DNA of 64,000 nt from an uncultured Alphaproteobacteria bacterium (GCA_963847935.1 CAWKBV010000001.1:602448-666447), one strand, 5' to 3'. Positions 41,946-52,910 are shown, counted from the stretch's first letter. Translations and numbers: made by a program. Notes: a model not told the origin generated them from the sequence alone.

Positions 41946-42452
41946 TCACCCTTTCGGCGGAAGGGGTGGCAGGAGGCTGCGGGGATCGAGATCTTCGGGA
42001 TACTGCTCGGAAAGCCTGCGGCTGCGTGGCGTGCCCTTCTTCTCGTAGGTCTCCGGGTTCCAGATGAGGAAATAGTCGCCGGCAGAGATGAAGAACGCTT
42101 CGTTCTTCAGCCCGATCTTGTCGCGGTATTTCTGCGGGATGGTCAAGCGGCCGTCGTCGTCGATCTGCGCCTCGAAGGACTGGCCGTACATGCGTTCTTC
42201 GTTGAGCAGGCGGCCGGGAGAGCCGCGCTGCATCAGGGAAATCTGTTCGTCGATCTCGTTGACGGCGTCCATCGAATGGACTTCGAGCCAGTTCTGGCTC
42301 TCGGGTCCGTAGACGATGACGATGTTGGGGCGAAGGCCGTCTTTCCAGTCGGGATCGGAAGCTTCGATGACGCGGCGGAACGGGGCAGGAATGGATACGC
42401 GGCCTTTCGCGTCCACCTTGAAGGTATCTGAGCCTCTGAACCTGCGTGCCAA
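41946..42452 (-). CDS. mraZ: division/cell wall cluster transcriptional regulator MraZ
   Basis: 168 aa with duplicated SpoVT/AbrB-like motifs 'VDAKGRVSIPAPFR' and 'IDDDGRLTIPQKYR'. Confidence 0.95.
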   Translation of the reverse strand: MARRFRGSDTFKVDAKGRVSIPAPFRRVIEASDPDWKDGLRPNIVIVYGPESQNWLEVHSMDAVNEIDEQISLMQRGSPGRLLNEERMYGQSFEAQIDDDGRLTIPQKYRDKIGLKNEAFFISAGDYFLIWNPETYEKKGTPRSRRLSEQYPEDLDPRSLLPPLPPKG

Positions 42453-42526
42453 CGGCCCGCGCTCCCGTCACTGTCCTCCCCCCAAACACACCGAATTTTT
42501 CGGTAACCGGAGCCGTGAAACGACAA

Positions 42527-42562
42527 CGGCGGATCGGGCTGCTGCCACTGCCCGATCCGCCG
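42527..42562 (-). promoter_or_regulatory. perfect 13-bp GC-rich hairpin in the mraZ 5' leader
   Basis: CGGCGGATCGGGC-(10 nt)-GCCCGATCCGCCG, 75-110 nt upstream of the mraZ ATG. On the mraZ strand it is followed by TTGTCGTTTC. Confidence 0.5.
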
Positions 42563-42729
42563 CCCTCGTCCCATCTCTGGGTCTGTCCGGCTGCGCATGC
42601 CACCTGGGGGGATGTCTGCTCGCTTGCGCGCCGGATCTCTCTGGTTCGATGAAAGCGGGTGCCTGTATGAAACCTGACTTTGCCTTTGGGTCTTGATGCC
42701 CGTCTGAGCCCGTCCTCATCTGTACGAAC

Positions 42730-42755
42730 AGGGATGGCATGGGATTTTATGGGAA
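42730..42755 (+). promoter_or_regulatory. three (A/T)GGGA boxes at exact 10-bp spacing (MraZ-box-like)
   Basis: aGGGAtggcaTGGGAttttaTGGGAagc. GGGA starts at 42731, 42741 and 42751, about 280-300 nt upstream of mraZ on the strand opposite mraZ. Confidence 0.5.
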
Positions 42756-42909
42756 GCAATAAAAATCTTTGCGCGATCTCCACAACATGCTGCCGTTCAA
42801 GGCCGTTGAAAACAGTATGTAGTGGTGACTTCCACTCCAAATTTGGCTCTTATAGCGTTCACTTAATCTATAACCACTAAATATAGAGTCGGATGAAGGT
42901 TAAGCTTCA

Positions 42910-42925
42910 TTCCCATGTTTTCCCG
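42910..42925 (-). promoter_or_regulatory. two (T/C)GGGAA boxes at 10-bp spacing (MraZ-box-like)
   Basis: Plus strand TTCCCAtgttTTCCCG (42910, 42920). On the mraZ strand this reads CGGGAAaacaTGGGAA. Confidence 0.45.
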
Positions 42926-43044
42926 AATTTTTCAATTTTTTCGACATGTCGACAGCCTTATCACCTCCGCGGAGCGAAGAATCACGCTATTTCACACTGA
43001 TTCACGGCCGAGTGATTCGCGCTCGACAAGACCGCAGAACGCAA

Positions 43045-43090
43045 TTCCCGTGCGTTCCCGTTATGGAGAAAGCTTTCCCGTGATTTCCCG
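43045..43090 (-). promoter_or_regulatory. four CGGGAA boxes in 10-bp register (MraZ-box-like), directly downstream of the apbC stop
   Basis: Plus strand TTCCCG at 43045, 43055, 43075 and 43085. All are in one 10-bp register, with the 43065 slot empty. Confidence 0.45.
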
Positions 43091-43102
43091 AAAGCGCCTT
43101 GC

Positions 43103-44176
43103 TCAGGCCAACCCGCCCGCGACAAGCCGCTCGGCGAGACGGGCATAGGCCCCGGCCATCGGCCCATCACCAAGGGCAATCGGCGTCCCCGCATCGCCCG
43201 CCAGGCGGATTTCGATGCTGAGGGGCACCTCGCCCAGAAAGGGCACGCCGATCCGGTGCGCTTCGGCCGCGACGCCGCCGTGGCCGAAAAGATGCGCCTC
43301 ATGCCCGCAATTGGGACAGATGTAGGTGGACATGTTCTCCACCAACCCGAGGATCGGCGTCTTGAGCTTGCCGAACATGTCGATCGCGCGCCGCGCGTCG
43401 AGAAGCGCCACGTCCTGCGGCGTCGATACGACGATGGCGCCCGTCAGATGCGTGCGCTGGCAAAGGGTCAACTGCACATCGCCCGTCCCCGGCGGCAGAT
43501 CGACGATCAGGATGTCCAACTCGCCCCAGATCACCTGCCCCAACATCTGCTGGAGCGCGCCCATGAGCATCGGCCCGCGCCAGACGACGGCTTCGTTCTC
43601 TTTCAGCATGAGGCCGATCGACATCATCGTGACGCCATGCGCCTGAAGCGGGATGATCGTCTTTCCATCCGGCGAGGCGGGGCGTTTCGAGACCCCCATC
43701 ATCCTCGGCTGTGAGGGACCGTATATATCAGCATCGAGCAGACCCACGCGCCGCCCCTGCCTTGCCAGCGCCACGGCGAGGTTGGACGACAGCGTCGATT
43801 TCCCCACCCCGCCCTTGCCCGAGGCGATGGCGATGATGCGGTCGACACCGCTTACCCGTTGCGGCCCGGCCTGCGGCGTCGGATGGCCGCCGATCTTGAA
43901 GCTCGGCGGCGCGGCCGGTTTCGGGGCAGGTCCATGCGCGGTCAGCACGATGGACACCGATACTACCCCCGGAATAGCGCGAACCGCCGCCTCGGCGGCC
44001 TCATGCAAAGGCCCCATCGCTTGCGCCGCTTGCGGGTCGGGCGCCTCGATCACGAAGCGAACGGCACCGGAATCGACTGTCAGCGCGCGGATCAGATCGG
44101 CCGAAACGAGGTCTTTTCCGCCGGGAAGAGAGATTTGCCGCAAGGCATCGAAGATCTGCTCGGGTGTCGGTTCCAT
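43103..44176 (-). CDS. apbC: Fe-S cluster carrier ATPase (Mrp/ApbC/NBP35 family)
   Basis: ATG at 44176 ('MEPTPEQI'; an alternative TTG lies at 44194). N-terminal DUF59-like region, '[11 protein letters not shown]' P-loop, 'CPNCGH'. Confidence 0.9.
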   Translation of the reverse strand: MEPTPEQIFDALRQISLPGGKDLVSADLIRALTVDSGAVRFVIEAPDPQAAQAMGPLHEAAEAAVRAIPGVVSVSIVLTAHGPAPKPAAPPSFKIGGHPTPQAGPQRVSGVDRIIAIASGKGGVGKSTLSSNLAVALARQGRRVGLLDADIYGPSQPRMMGVSKRPASPDGKTIIPLQAHGVTMMSIGLMLKENEAVVWRGPMLMGALQQMLGQVIWGELDILIVDLPPGTGDVQLTLCQRTHLTGAIVVSTPQDVALLDARRAIDMFGKLKTPILGLVENMSTYICPNCGHEAHLFGHGGVAAEAHRIGVPFLGEVPLSIEIRLAGDAGTPIALGDGPMAGAYARLAERLVAGGLA

Positions 44177-44422
44177 GGTGTCGCCTTTCTCCAACCGCCC
44201 AAAGATTAGGCGGGCTGTCCAAGTTCAGAATGTCCCACCGGGCATATGCAACAGATTTATGCAAGCTGCCGTAACGGAACGCAAATTTTTGCCCTTCGGC
44301 CATGCAGATGCTGCATGGCAGCATTGTTTTCGCAGGGTATTGTGCAGCTGCAGCATTAGGCTCATGTTAGCCCCAACGGCGATAGAAAAATCGCAGACAG
44401 AAACAGACCAAGAGGCATCGAC

Positions 44423-44638
44423 ATGGCTTTTGCAAACGTAACACGCGGCGGCGAATGGGGACTGATCAACCAGTTCAACGCCTCCGTCGCAAAACTCAAC
44501 GACCAACGCCGCCGCTACAGGGTTTACCGCCAGACGATCGGTGAACTCAAGGCGCTGAACGATCGTGATCTCGCCGATCTGGGGATCGCCCGTTCGATGA
44601 TCGAGTCCATCGCGATCGAAGCTGCCTACGGCAAATAA
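44423..44638 (+). CDS. DUF1127 domain-containing small protein (CcaF1-like)
   Basis: 71 aa with hallmark 'LKALNDRDLADLGIARSMIESIA'. The CCUCCUCCC hairpin array follows immediately. Confidence 0.85.
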   Translation: MAFANVTRGGEWGLINQFNASVAKLNDQRRRYRVYRQTIGELKALNDRDLADLGIARSMIESIAIEAAYGK

Positions 44639-44645
44639 GAGTTTA

Positions 44646-44716
44646 CCCGGGGCTCCTCCTCCTCCCTGAGCCCCGGACCCAAGCGGCAACGCCACCTCCT
44701 CCCGGCAGTTGCCGCT
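44646..44716 (+). ncRNA. CcsR-like sRNA unit 1 (two hairpins, CCUCCUCCC in each loop)
   Basis: Hairpins at 44647-44676 (CCGGGGCT/AGCCCCGG) and 44683-44715 (GCGGCAAC/GTTGCCGC). The motif is at 44658 and 44695. Unit boundaries are approximate. Confidence 0.7.
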
Positions 44717-44747
44717 GACGACAGGGTCCTCAGGACCCAGAAGAACA

Positions 44748-44822
44748 CGGAAACCTCCCTCCTCCTCCCTGGAGGTTCCGTGAAGAAGAGCGGCGGTCCC
44801 CTCCTCCTCCCTGGGACCGCCG
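44748..44822 (+). ncRNA. CcsR-like sRNA unit 2 (two hairpins, CCUCCUCCC in each loop)
   Basis: Hairpins at 44748-44780 and 44792-44821 (GGCGGTCCC/GGGACCGCC). The motif is at 44761 and 44803. Confidence 0.7.
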
Positions 44823-44887
44823 TATCTTCCCTCCCCCGGCGATGCGCCGGACGACATTCGGGCCTGAACGGCCCAACGGAATACGAA

Positions 44888-44957
44888 CCGCCCTCTCCTC
44901 CTCCCTGGGCGGAACGTAGTGAAGACGGTGGCAGCTCCTCCTCCTCCCTGAGCTGCC
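44888..44957 (+). ncRNA. CcsR-like sRNA unit 3 (two hairpins, CCUCCUCCC in each loop)
   Basis: Hairpins at 44888-44912 (CCGCCC/GGGCGG) and 44930-44957 (GGCAGCT/AGCTGCC). The motif is at 44897 and 44940. Confidence 0.7.
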
Positions 44958-44983
44958 ACCGCACCTTCACACACATACGTTGC

Positions 44984-45054
44984 GCCCCCTCCTCCTCCCT
45001 GGGGCGAGCGTTCAGACGGCGGTCCCTCCTCCTCCCTGGGGCCGCCGTTTTTTT
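44984..45054 (+). ncRNA. CcsR-like sRNA unit 4 (two hairpins; the second doubles as an intrinsic terminator)
   Basis: Hairpins at 44984-45006 (CGCCCC/GGGGCG) and 45018-45046 (GGCGGTCCC/GGGGCCGCC), followed by TTTTTTT (45048-45054). The motif is at 44991 and 45028. Confidence 0.75.
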
Positions 45055-45117
45055 ACTTTCATGGACAGAGGACGCGGATTATCGTCCCGGCCTGGCCATA
45101 TCTCCGGGAGGCGCGCG

Positions 45118-45705
45118 ATGGCTGAGGCTGATCGCAGGGTCGATGTCTTTTTCACCAAGCAGAAGAACTGGCAGGGCGAGTTGGTTGCCCTGCGCGCAAT
45201 CCTTCTGGACAGCGGCCTGACTGAGGAGTTCAAGTGGCGCTCGCCCGTCTACACCTTCGATGGCGGCAACGTCGCCATCGTCTGGGGCTTCAAGGACCAT
45301 GCCGCACTTGGCTTCTTCAAGGGCGTGCTTCTGAAAGACCCGGCCGGCATCCTCGTCGCGCAAGGTGAGAATTCGCGTTCCGCGCGCGTCGTCAAGTTCA
45401 ACAGCGTGGCGGAGATCACGGCGCTGGAAGCCACGATCAAGGACTACCTCCGCGAGGCGATCAAAGTGGAGAAGGCCGGGCTGAAGGTTGACTTGCCGAA
45501 GGACGATCTCGATTATCCATCTGAACTCGTTGACAAACTCGACACGGATGCTGAGTTCCGCACGTCGTTCGAAGCGCTGACGCCGGGGCGGCGGCGGAGT
45601 TGGGTCCTGCATGTCTCGCAAGCCAAGCAGGCCGAGACGCGGGCGTCGAGGATCGAAAAGGCCGCGCCGAAGATCTTCGAGGGCAAGGGCTTCAACGAAC
45701 GCTAG
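45118..45705 (+). CDS. YdeI/OmpD-associated (DUF1801-type) family protein
   Basis: ATG at 45118 ('MAEADRRVDVFF'). 'FKWRSPVYTFDGGNV' and C-terminal 'PGRRRSWVLHVSQAKQAETRASRIEK'. Confidence 0.75.
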   Translation: MAEADRRVDVFFTKQKNWQGELVALRAILLDSGLTEEFKWRSPVYTFDGGNVAIVWGFKDHAALGFFKGVLLKDPAGILVAQGENSRSARVVKFNSVAEITALEATIKDYLREAIKVEKAGLKVDLPKDDLDYPSELVDKLDTDAEFRTSFEALTPGRRRSWVLHVSQAKQAETRASRIEKAAPKIFEGKGFNER

Positions 45706-45711
45706 GCGGCC

Positions 45712-48068
<2,357 letters not shown>

Positions 48069-48171
48069 GCGCGCCAATCTAGACACATCGCGATCCGAAT
48101 TAAAGACAAGTTCACACTCTGTTCCGCATAGACCGCTGGACTTTCGCGCGGTGCCTGAGAAGAAAGGCGGC

Positions 48172-49306
48172 ATGGACCTGCATCAGCGCTATCCAGCGAT
48201 TTCCGACCTGAGGGCGCGCGCCCGGCGCAGGATGCCGTGGTTCGTCTGGGAATATCTCGAAAGCGCCACCGGGTCCGAGGCGACTCAGCGGCGCAATCGG
48301 GAAAAGCTCGATGAGGTGACGCTCAGCCCGTCGATTCTGCATGGCGAGTTCACGCCCGACCTCTCCGTCGAGATGTTCGGACAGACCTATCCCTTGCCCT
48401 TCGGCATCTCGCCCGTCGGCATGTCGGGCATCTTCTGGCCCGATGCGGAACGCCTTCTTGCCACCGCCGCGGCCACGGCCGACCTGCCCTATGGGCTTTC
48501 CACCGTCGCCGCGCAGACGCCGGAGGCGATCGCGCCGCATCTGGGCCAACACGGCTGGTTCCAGATGTATCCACCGCGCGATCCGGGTATCCGCACCGAC
48601 ATACTGAAACGTGCCAAGGATGCCGGGTTCTCGACGCTGATCCTGACCGTGGACGTGCCCGTGGCCAGCCGCCGGGAACGCCAGACCCGCTCCGGCCTGA
48701 CCCAACCGCCGCGCTTGACCCCACGGCTTCTGGCGCAAGTCCTGATGTGTCCCGAATGGGCGCTCGGCACGCTCCGCCATGGGATGCCACGGATGCGGCT
48801 GATGGACAGCTATGCCGATACGTCCGTAAAGACCTCCTCGACCGCGCACGTCGGCTATCTGCTCAGGACGTCGCCCGACTGGGACTATGTCAAATGGCTG
48901 CGCGACAGCTTGGGACGGGCCGTTCCTCATCAAGGGCGTGCTGCGCGCCGACGATGCCGCCCGGTTGCAGGACGAAGGCGTGGATGCGATCTGGGTCTCG
49001 AACCACGCCGGGCGCCAGTTCGACGCCGCCCCGGCCTCGATCGAGGCGCTGCCCGCGATCCGCGCGGCGACGACGCTGCCGATCATCTTCGACAGCGGCA
49101 TCGAGGGTGGGCTGGACATGCTCCGCGCCATCGCACTCGGCGCGGATTTCGTGATGATGGGCCGCGCCTGGCACTATGCTCTCGCGGCCCTCGGCGAGGC
49201 CGGACCGGCGCATCTCATCGACATGCTGAAGCTCGACCTCATCTCCAACATGGGGCAGCTTGGCGCGCGCAAGCTGACCGATGTGCGCGGCTGCCTGATC
49301 GCCTGA
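48172..49306 (+). pseudogene. FMN-dependent alpha-hydroxy acid dehydrogenase (L-lactate dehydrogenase LldD-like), frame broken near 48905-48915
   Basis: The N-terminal part ('PFGISPVG', 'DWDYVKWLRDS') is in ORF 48067-49473. It continues as 'WDGPFLIKGV...VSNHAGRQFD...DSGIEGG' in ORF 48887-49306. The break is at AGCTTGGGAC, and the span is 3n+1 nt. Confidence 0.8.
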
Positions 49307-49469
49307 GCCGTCGCTTTCGGCGGAATTGCTTCGTTCCCGCGTCAGATTGCCGGGCGGCGGCGTATATCACCAACGCAATGATTCAGAATTCTGTCGTTGC
49401 GTCGACCCAGGCCATTGCGCCGCAACGCAGCATCGCTAATCTGCATCCCGCGAAACGGGGGAGTCCGGC

Positions 49470-52400
49470 ATGACCGAGTTCAAGAAGATCCTTGTGGCCA
49501 ACCGCGGCGAGATCGCGATCCGGGTGATGCGGGCGGCAACGGAACTCGGCAAACGAACGGTCGCGGTCTATGCCGAGGAGGACAAGCTTTCCCTCCACCG
49601 CTTCAAGGCGGACGAGGCCTACCGGATCGGCGAGGGGCTTGGCCCGGTCGCGGCCTATCTCTCGATCCCCGCCATGATCCGCGTGGCGAAGGACTGCGGC
49701 GCGGATGCGATCCATCCGGGCTATGGACTCCTGTCCGAAAACCCCGATTTCGTCGATGCCTGCGACAAGGCGGGCATCGCCTTCATCGGACCCAAGGCCG
49801 CGACGATGCGCGCGCTCGGCGACAAGGCATCGGCCCGTCGCGTGGCGATCGAGGCGGGCGTGCCGGTCATCCCGGCGACCGAGGTTCTTGGCGACGACAT
49901 GGACCTCATCCGCAGGCAGGCGGCGGAGGTCGGCTATCCGTTGATGCTCAAGGCGTCCTGGGGTGGCGGCGGGCGCGGCATGCGGCCGATCCTCGGTGAA
50001 AAGGAACTGGCCGAGAAGGTCCGCGAGGGGCGGCGCGAGGCCGAGGCCGCCTTCGGCAATGGCGAAGGGTACCTCGAAAAGATGATCGAGCGCGCCCGCC
50101 ATGTCGAGGTGCAGATCCTCGGCGACAAGCAGGGCGAGATCTTCCACCTCTACGAGCGTGACTGCACCGTCCAGCGCCGCAACCAGAAGGTCGTCGAACG
50201 CGCCCCCGCGCCCTACCTGACCGATGCGCAACGCGCCGAGGTCTGCGACCTTGGCCGTCGCATTTGTGCCCATGTCGGCTACGAATGCGCGGGCACGGTC
50301 GAGTTCCTGATGGATATCGACACCGGCGCCTTCTACTTCATCGAGGTCAATCCCCGCGTCCAGGTCGAACACACCGTCACCGAGGAAGTGACTGGCATCG
50401 ACATCGTGCAGGCGCAGATCAAGATCGCCGAGGGCAAGACGCTTCCCGAGGCGACCGGCGTCGCGCGGCAGGAGGATATCCACCTGCGCGGCCATGCGCT
50501 GCAATGCCGGGTCACGACCGAGGACCCGCAGAACAACTTCATCCCCGATTATGGCCGCATCACCGCCTACCGCTCGGCCACCGGCAACGGCATCCGGCTT
50601 GACGGCGGCACCGCGTATGCGGGTGCGGTCATCACGCGCTATTACGACTCGCTTCTGGTGAAGGTCACGGCCTGGGCGCAGACGCCCGATCAGGCGATCA
50701 AGCGGATGGACCGCGCGTTGCGGGAATTCCGCATCAGGGGCGTCTCGACCAACATCGCCTTCGTCGAGAACCTTCTGCGCCACCCGGCTTTTCTGGCGAA
50801 CGAGGTGACGACGAAATTCATCGACACGACGCCCAGTCTCTTCGATTTCAAGAAGCGCCGCGACCGGGCAACGAAAATCCTGACCTATATCGCCGACATC
50901 ACGGTCAACGGGCATCCTGAGACGGCAGGCCGCCCGAAACCCCATGCCGAGGCGCGTCAACCGAAGGCACCGGCGACCGAAAAGTCTCCGATGAAGGGCA
51001 CCCGCGACCTTCTGAACGAAAAGGGTCCGCAGGCCGTGGCCGACTGGATGGCGGCCCAGAAGAAGCTGCTTTTGACCGACACCACGATGCGCGACGGGCA
51101 CCAGTCGCTGCTGGCGACGCGGATGCGGTCGATCGACATGATCCGCGCGGCGCCGGTCTATGCCGCGAACCTGCCTGAGTTGTTCTCCGTCGAATGCTGG
51201 GGCGGCGCCACCTTCGACGTCGCCTACCGCTTCTTGCAGGAATGTCCCTGGCAGCGTCTCCGCGATCTGCGCAAGGCGATGCCCAATATCATGACGCAGA
51301 TGCTGCTGCGCGCCTCAAATGGCGTCGGCTACACCAACTACCCGGATAACGTTGTTCGGTCCTTCGTGGCGCAGGCCGCGAAAACCGGCATCGACGTGTT
51401 CCGTGTGTTCGATTCCCTCAACTGGGTGGAAAACATGCGCGTCGCGATGGATGCCGTGATCGAGGCCGAAAAGCTCTGCGAGGGTGCGATCTGCTACACT
51501 GGCGACATCCTCAACCCCGACCGCGCGAAGTATGATCTGAAATACTACGTCGCCATGGGCAAGGACCTGAAGGCGGCCGGTGCGCATGTCCTCGGCCTGA
51601 AGGACATGGCGGGACTGTTGAAGCCCGCCGCGGCCCGCATTCTCTTCAAGGCGCTGAAGGAGGAGGTCGGCCTGCCGATCCATTTCCACACGCATGACAC
51701 CTCCGGCATCGCCGGCGCCACGATCCTCGCCGCCGCCGATGCGGGGGTGAGTGCCGTCGATGCCGCGATGGACGCCTTTTCGGGCGGTACGTCGCAGCCC
51801 TGCCTCGGTTCCATCGTCGAGGCCATGTGCCATACCGACCGCGATACCGGCCTTGATATAAAGGCGATCCGCGAGATTTCGAACTACTGGGAAGCCGTCC
51901 GCCACCAGTACCGCGCCTTCGAGTCCGGGCTGGAGGCGCCCGCCTCCGAAGTCTACCTGCACGAAATGCCCGGCGGCCAGTTCACCAACCTCAAGGCGCA
52001 GGCGCGTTCCCTCGGGCTGGAAGAACGCTGGCACGAGGTCGCGCAGACCTATGCCGACGTGAACCGCATGTTCGGCGATATCGTGAAGGTCACGCCCTCC
52101 TCCAAGGTCGTGGGCGACATGGCCCTGATGATGGTGGCGCAGGGCCTGACTCGCGCCGAGGTCGAAGACCCGAGCGTGGACGTGGCCTTCCCCGAGAGCG
52201 TGGTCGACATGATGCGCGGCAATCTCGGCCAGCCGCCGGGCGGCTTCCCGGAGGGTATCCTCACGAAGGTGCTGAAGGGCGAAAGACCCAGGACCGAACG
52301 CCCCGGCATGCATCTGCCGCCGATCGATCTCGAAAAGACACGGCAGGAAGTCTCGAACGAACTCGACGGCTTCAAGATCGATGACGAGGATCTGAACGGC

Positions 52401-52910
52401 TACCTGATGTATCCCAAGGTCTTCCTCGACTATATGGGCCGCCACCGCCTTTACGGACCGGTGCGCACCCTGCCAACGAAGATCTTCTTCTACGGCATGG
52501 AACCGGCCGAGGAGATCAGCGCCGAGATCGACCCCGGCAAGAAGCTGGAGATCAGGCTGCAGGCCGTAGGCGAGACCGACGACAATGGCGATGTGAAGGT
52601 CTTCTTCGAACTGAACGGCCAGCCGCGCGTGATCCGCGTTCCGAACCGAATGGTCAAGGCCACCACTGCGCAACGCCCGAAAGCGGCGGAAGGCAATCCC
52701 AACCATATCGGCGCACCGATGCCGGGGTCCATCGCGTCGGTCGTGGTGACGGCGGGCCAGAAGGTGAATGCGGGCGATCTGATGCTGACAATCGAGGCGA
52801 TGAAGATGGAAACCGGCATCCATGCCGACCGCGCCGCGACCGTGAAGACGGTCCATATCCATCCCGGCAGCCAGATCGACGCCAAGGACCTGCTGATCGA
52901 ACTGGAGTGA
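49470..52910 (+). CDS. pyc: pyruvate carboxylase
   Basis: 1146 aa with biotin carboxylase, carboxyltransferase and a C-terminal biotinyl domain 'TIEAMKMETGI'. Confidence 0.95.
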   Translation: MTEFKKILVANRGEIAIRVMRAATELGKRTVAVYAEEDKLSLHRFKADEAYRIGEGLGPVAAYLSIPAMIRVAKDCGADAIHPGYGLLSENPDFVDACDKAGIAFIGPKAATMRALGDKASARRVAIEAGVPVIPATEVLGDDMDLIRRQAAEVGYPLMLKASWGGGGRGMRPILGEKELAEKVREGRREAEAAFGNGEGYLEKMIERARHVEVQILGDKQGEIFHLYERDCTVQRRNQKVVERAPAPYLTDAQRAEVCDLGRRICAHVGYECAGTVEFLMDIDTGAFYFIEVNPRVQVEHTVTEEVTGIDIVQAQIKIAEGKTLPEATGVARQEDIHLRGHALQCRVTTEDPQNNFIPDYGRITAYRSATGNGIRLDGGTAYAGAVITRYYDSLLVKVTAWAQTPDQAIKRMDRALREFRIRGVSTNIAFVENLLRHPAFLANEVTTKFIDTTPSLFDFKKRRDRATKILTYIADITVNGHPETAGRPKPHAEARQPKAPATEKSPMKGTRDLLNEKGPQAVADWMAAQKKLLLTDTTMRDGHQSLLATRMRSIDMIRAAPVYAANLPELFSVECWGGATFDVAYRFLQECPWQRLRDLRKAMPNIMTQMLLRASNGVGYTNYPDNVVRSFVAQAAKTGIDVFRVFDSLNWVENMRVAMDAVIEAEKLCEGAICYTGDILNPDRAKYDLKYYVAMGKDLKAAGAHVLGLKDMAGLLKPAAARILFKALKEEVGLPIHFHTHDTSGIAGATILAAADAGVSAVDAAMDAFSGGTSQPCLGSIVEAMCHTDRDTGLDIKAIREISNYWEAVRHQYRAFESGLEAPASEVYLHEMPGGQFTNLKAQARSLGLEERWHEVAQTYADVNRMFGDIVKVTPSSKVVGDMALMMVAQGLTRAEVEDPSVDVAFPESVVDMMRGNLGQPPGGFPEGILTKVLKGERPRTERPGMHLPPIDLEKTRQEVSNELDGFKIDDEDLNGYLMYPKVFLDYMGRHRLYGPVRTLPTKIFFYGMEPAEEISAEIDPGKKLEIRLQAVGETDDNGDVKVFFELNGQPRVIRVPNRMVKATTAQRPKAAEGNPNHIGAPMPGSIASVVVTAGQKVNAGDLMLTIEAMKMETGIHADRAATVKTVHIHPGSQIDAKDLLIELE

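Noticed and set aside
44640-45056. The repeated CCTCCTCCC-containing segments could be mistaken for a CRISPR array or a simple tandem repeat.
   Set aside because: The conserved core is only about 9-13 nt. It sits in hairpin loops flanked by non-identical but self-complementary stems. Spacing is irregular (37-94 nt) and there are no cas genes. The structure fits an sRNA cluster.
44225-45220. ORFs on the track cross the hairpin array: 44225-44974 (-), 44626-44976 (-) and 44780-45220 (+), plus the N-terminal extension of 44980-45705.
   Set aside because: Their translations are low-complexity runs (LLLP, SSSS, EEEE, GGGG) produced by reading the CCTCCTCCC/GGGAGGAGG repeats. The real downstream gene starts at the ATG at 45118.
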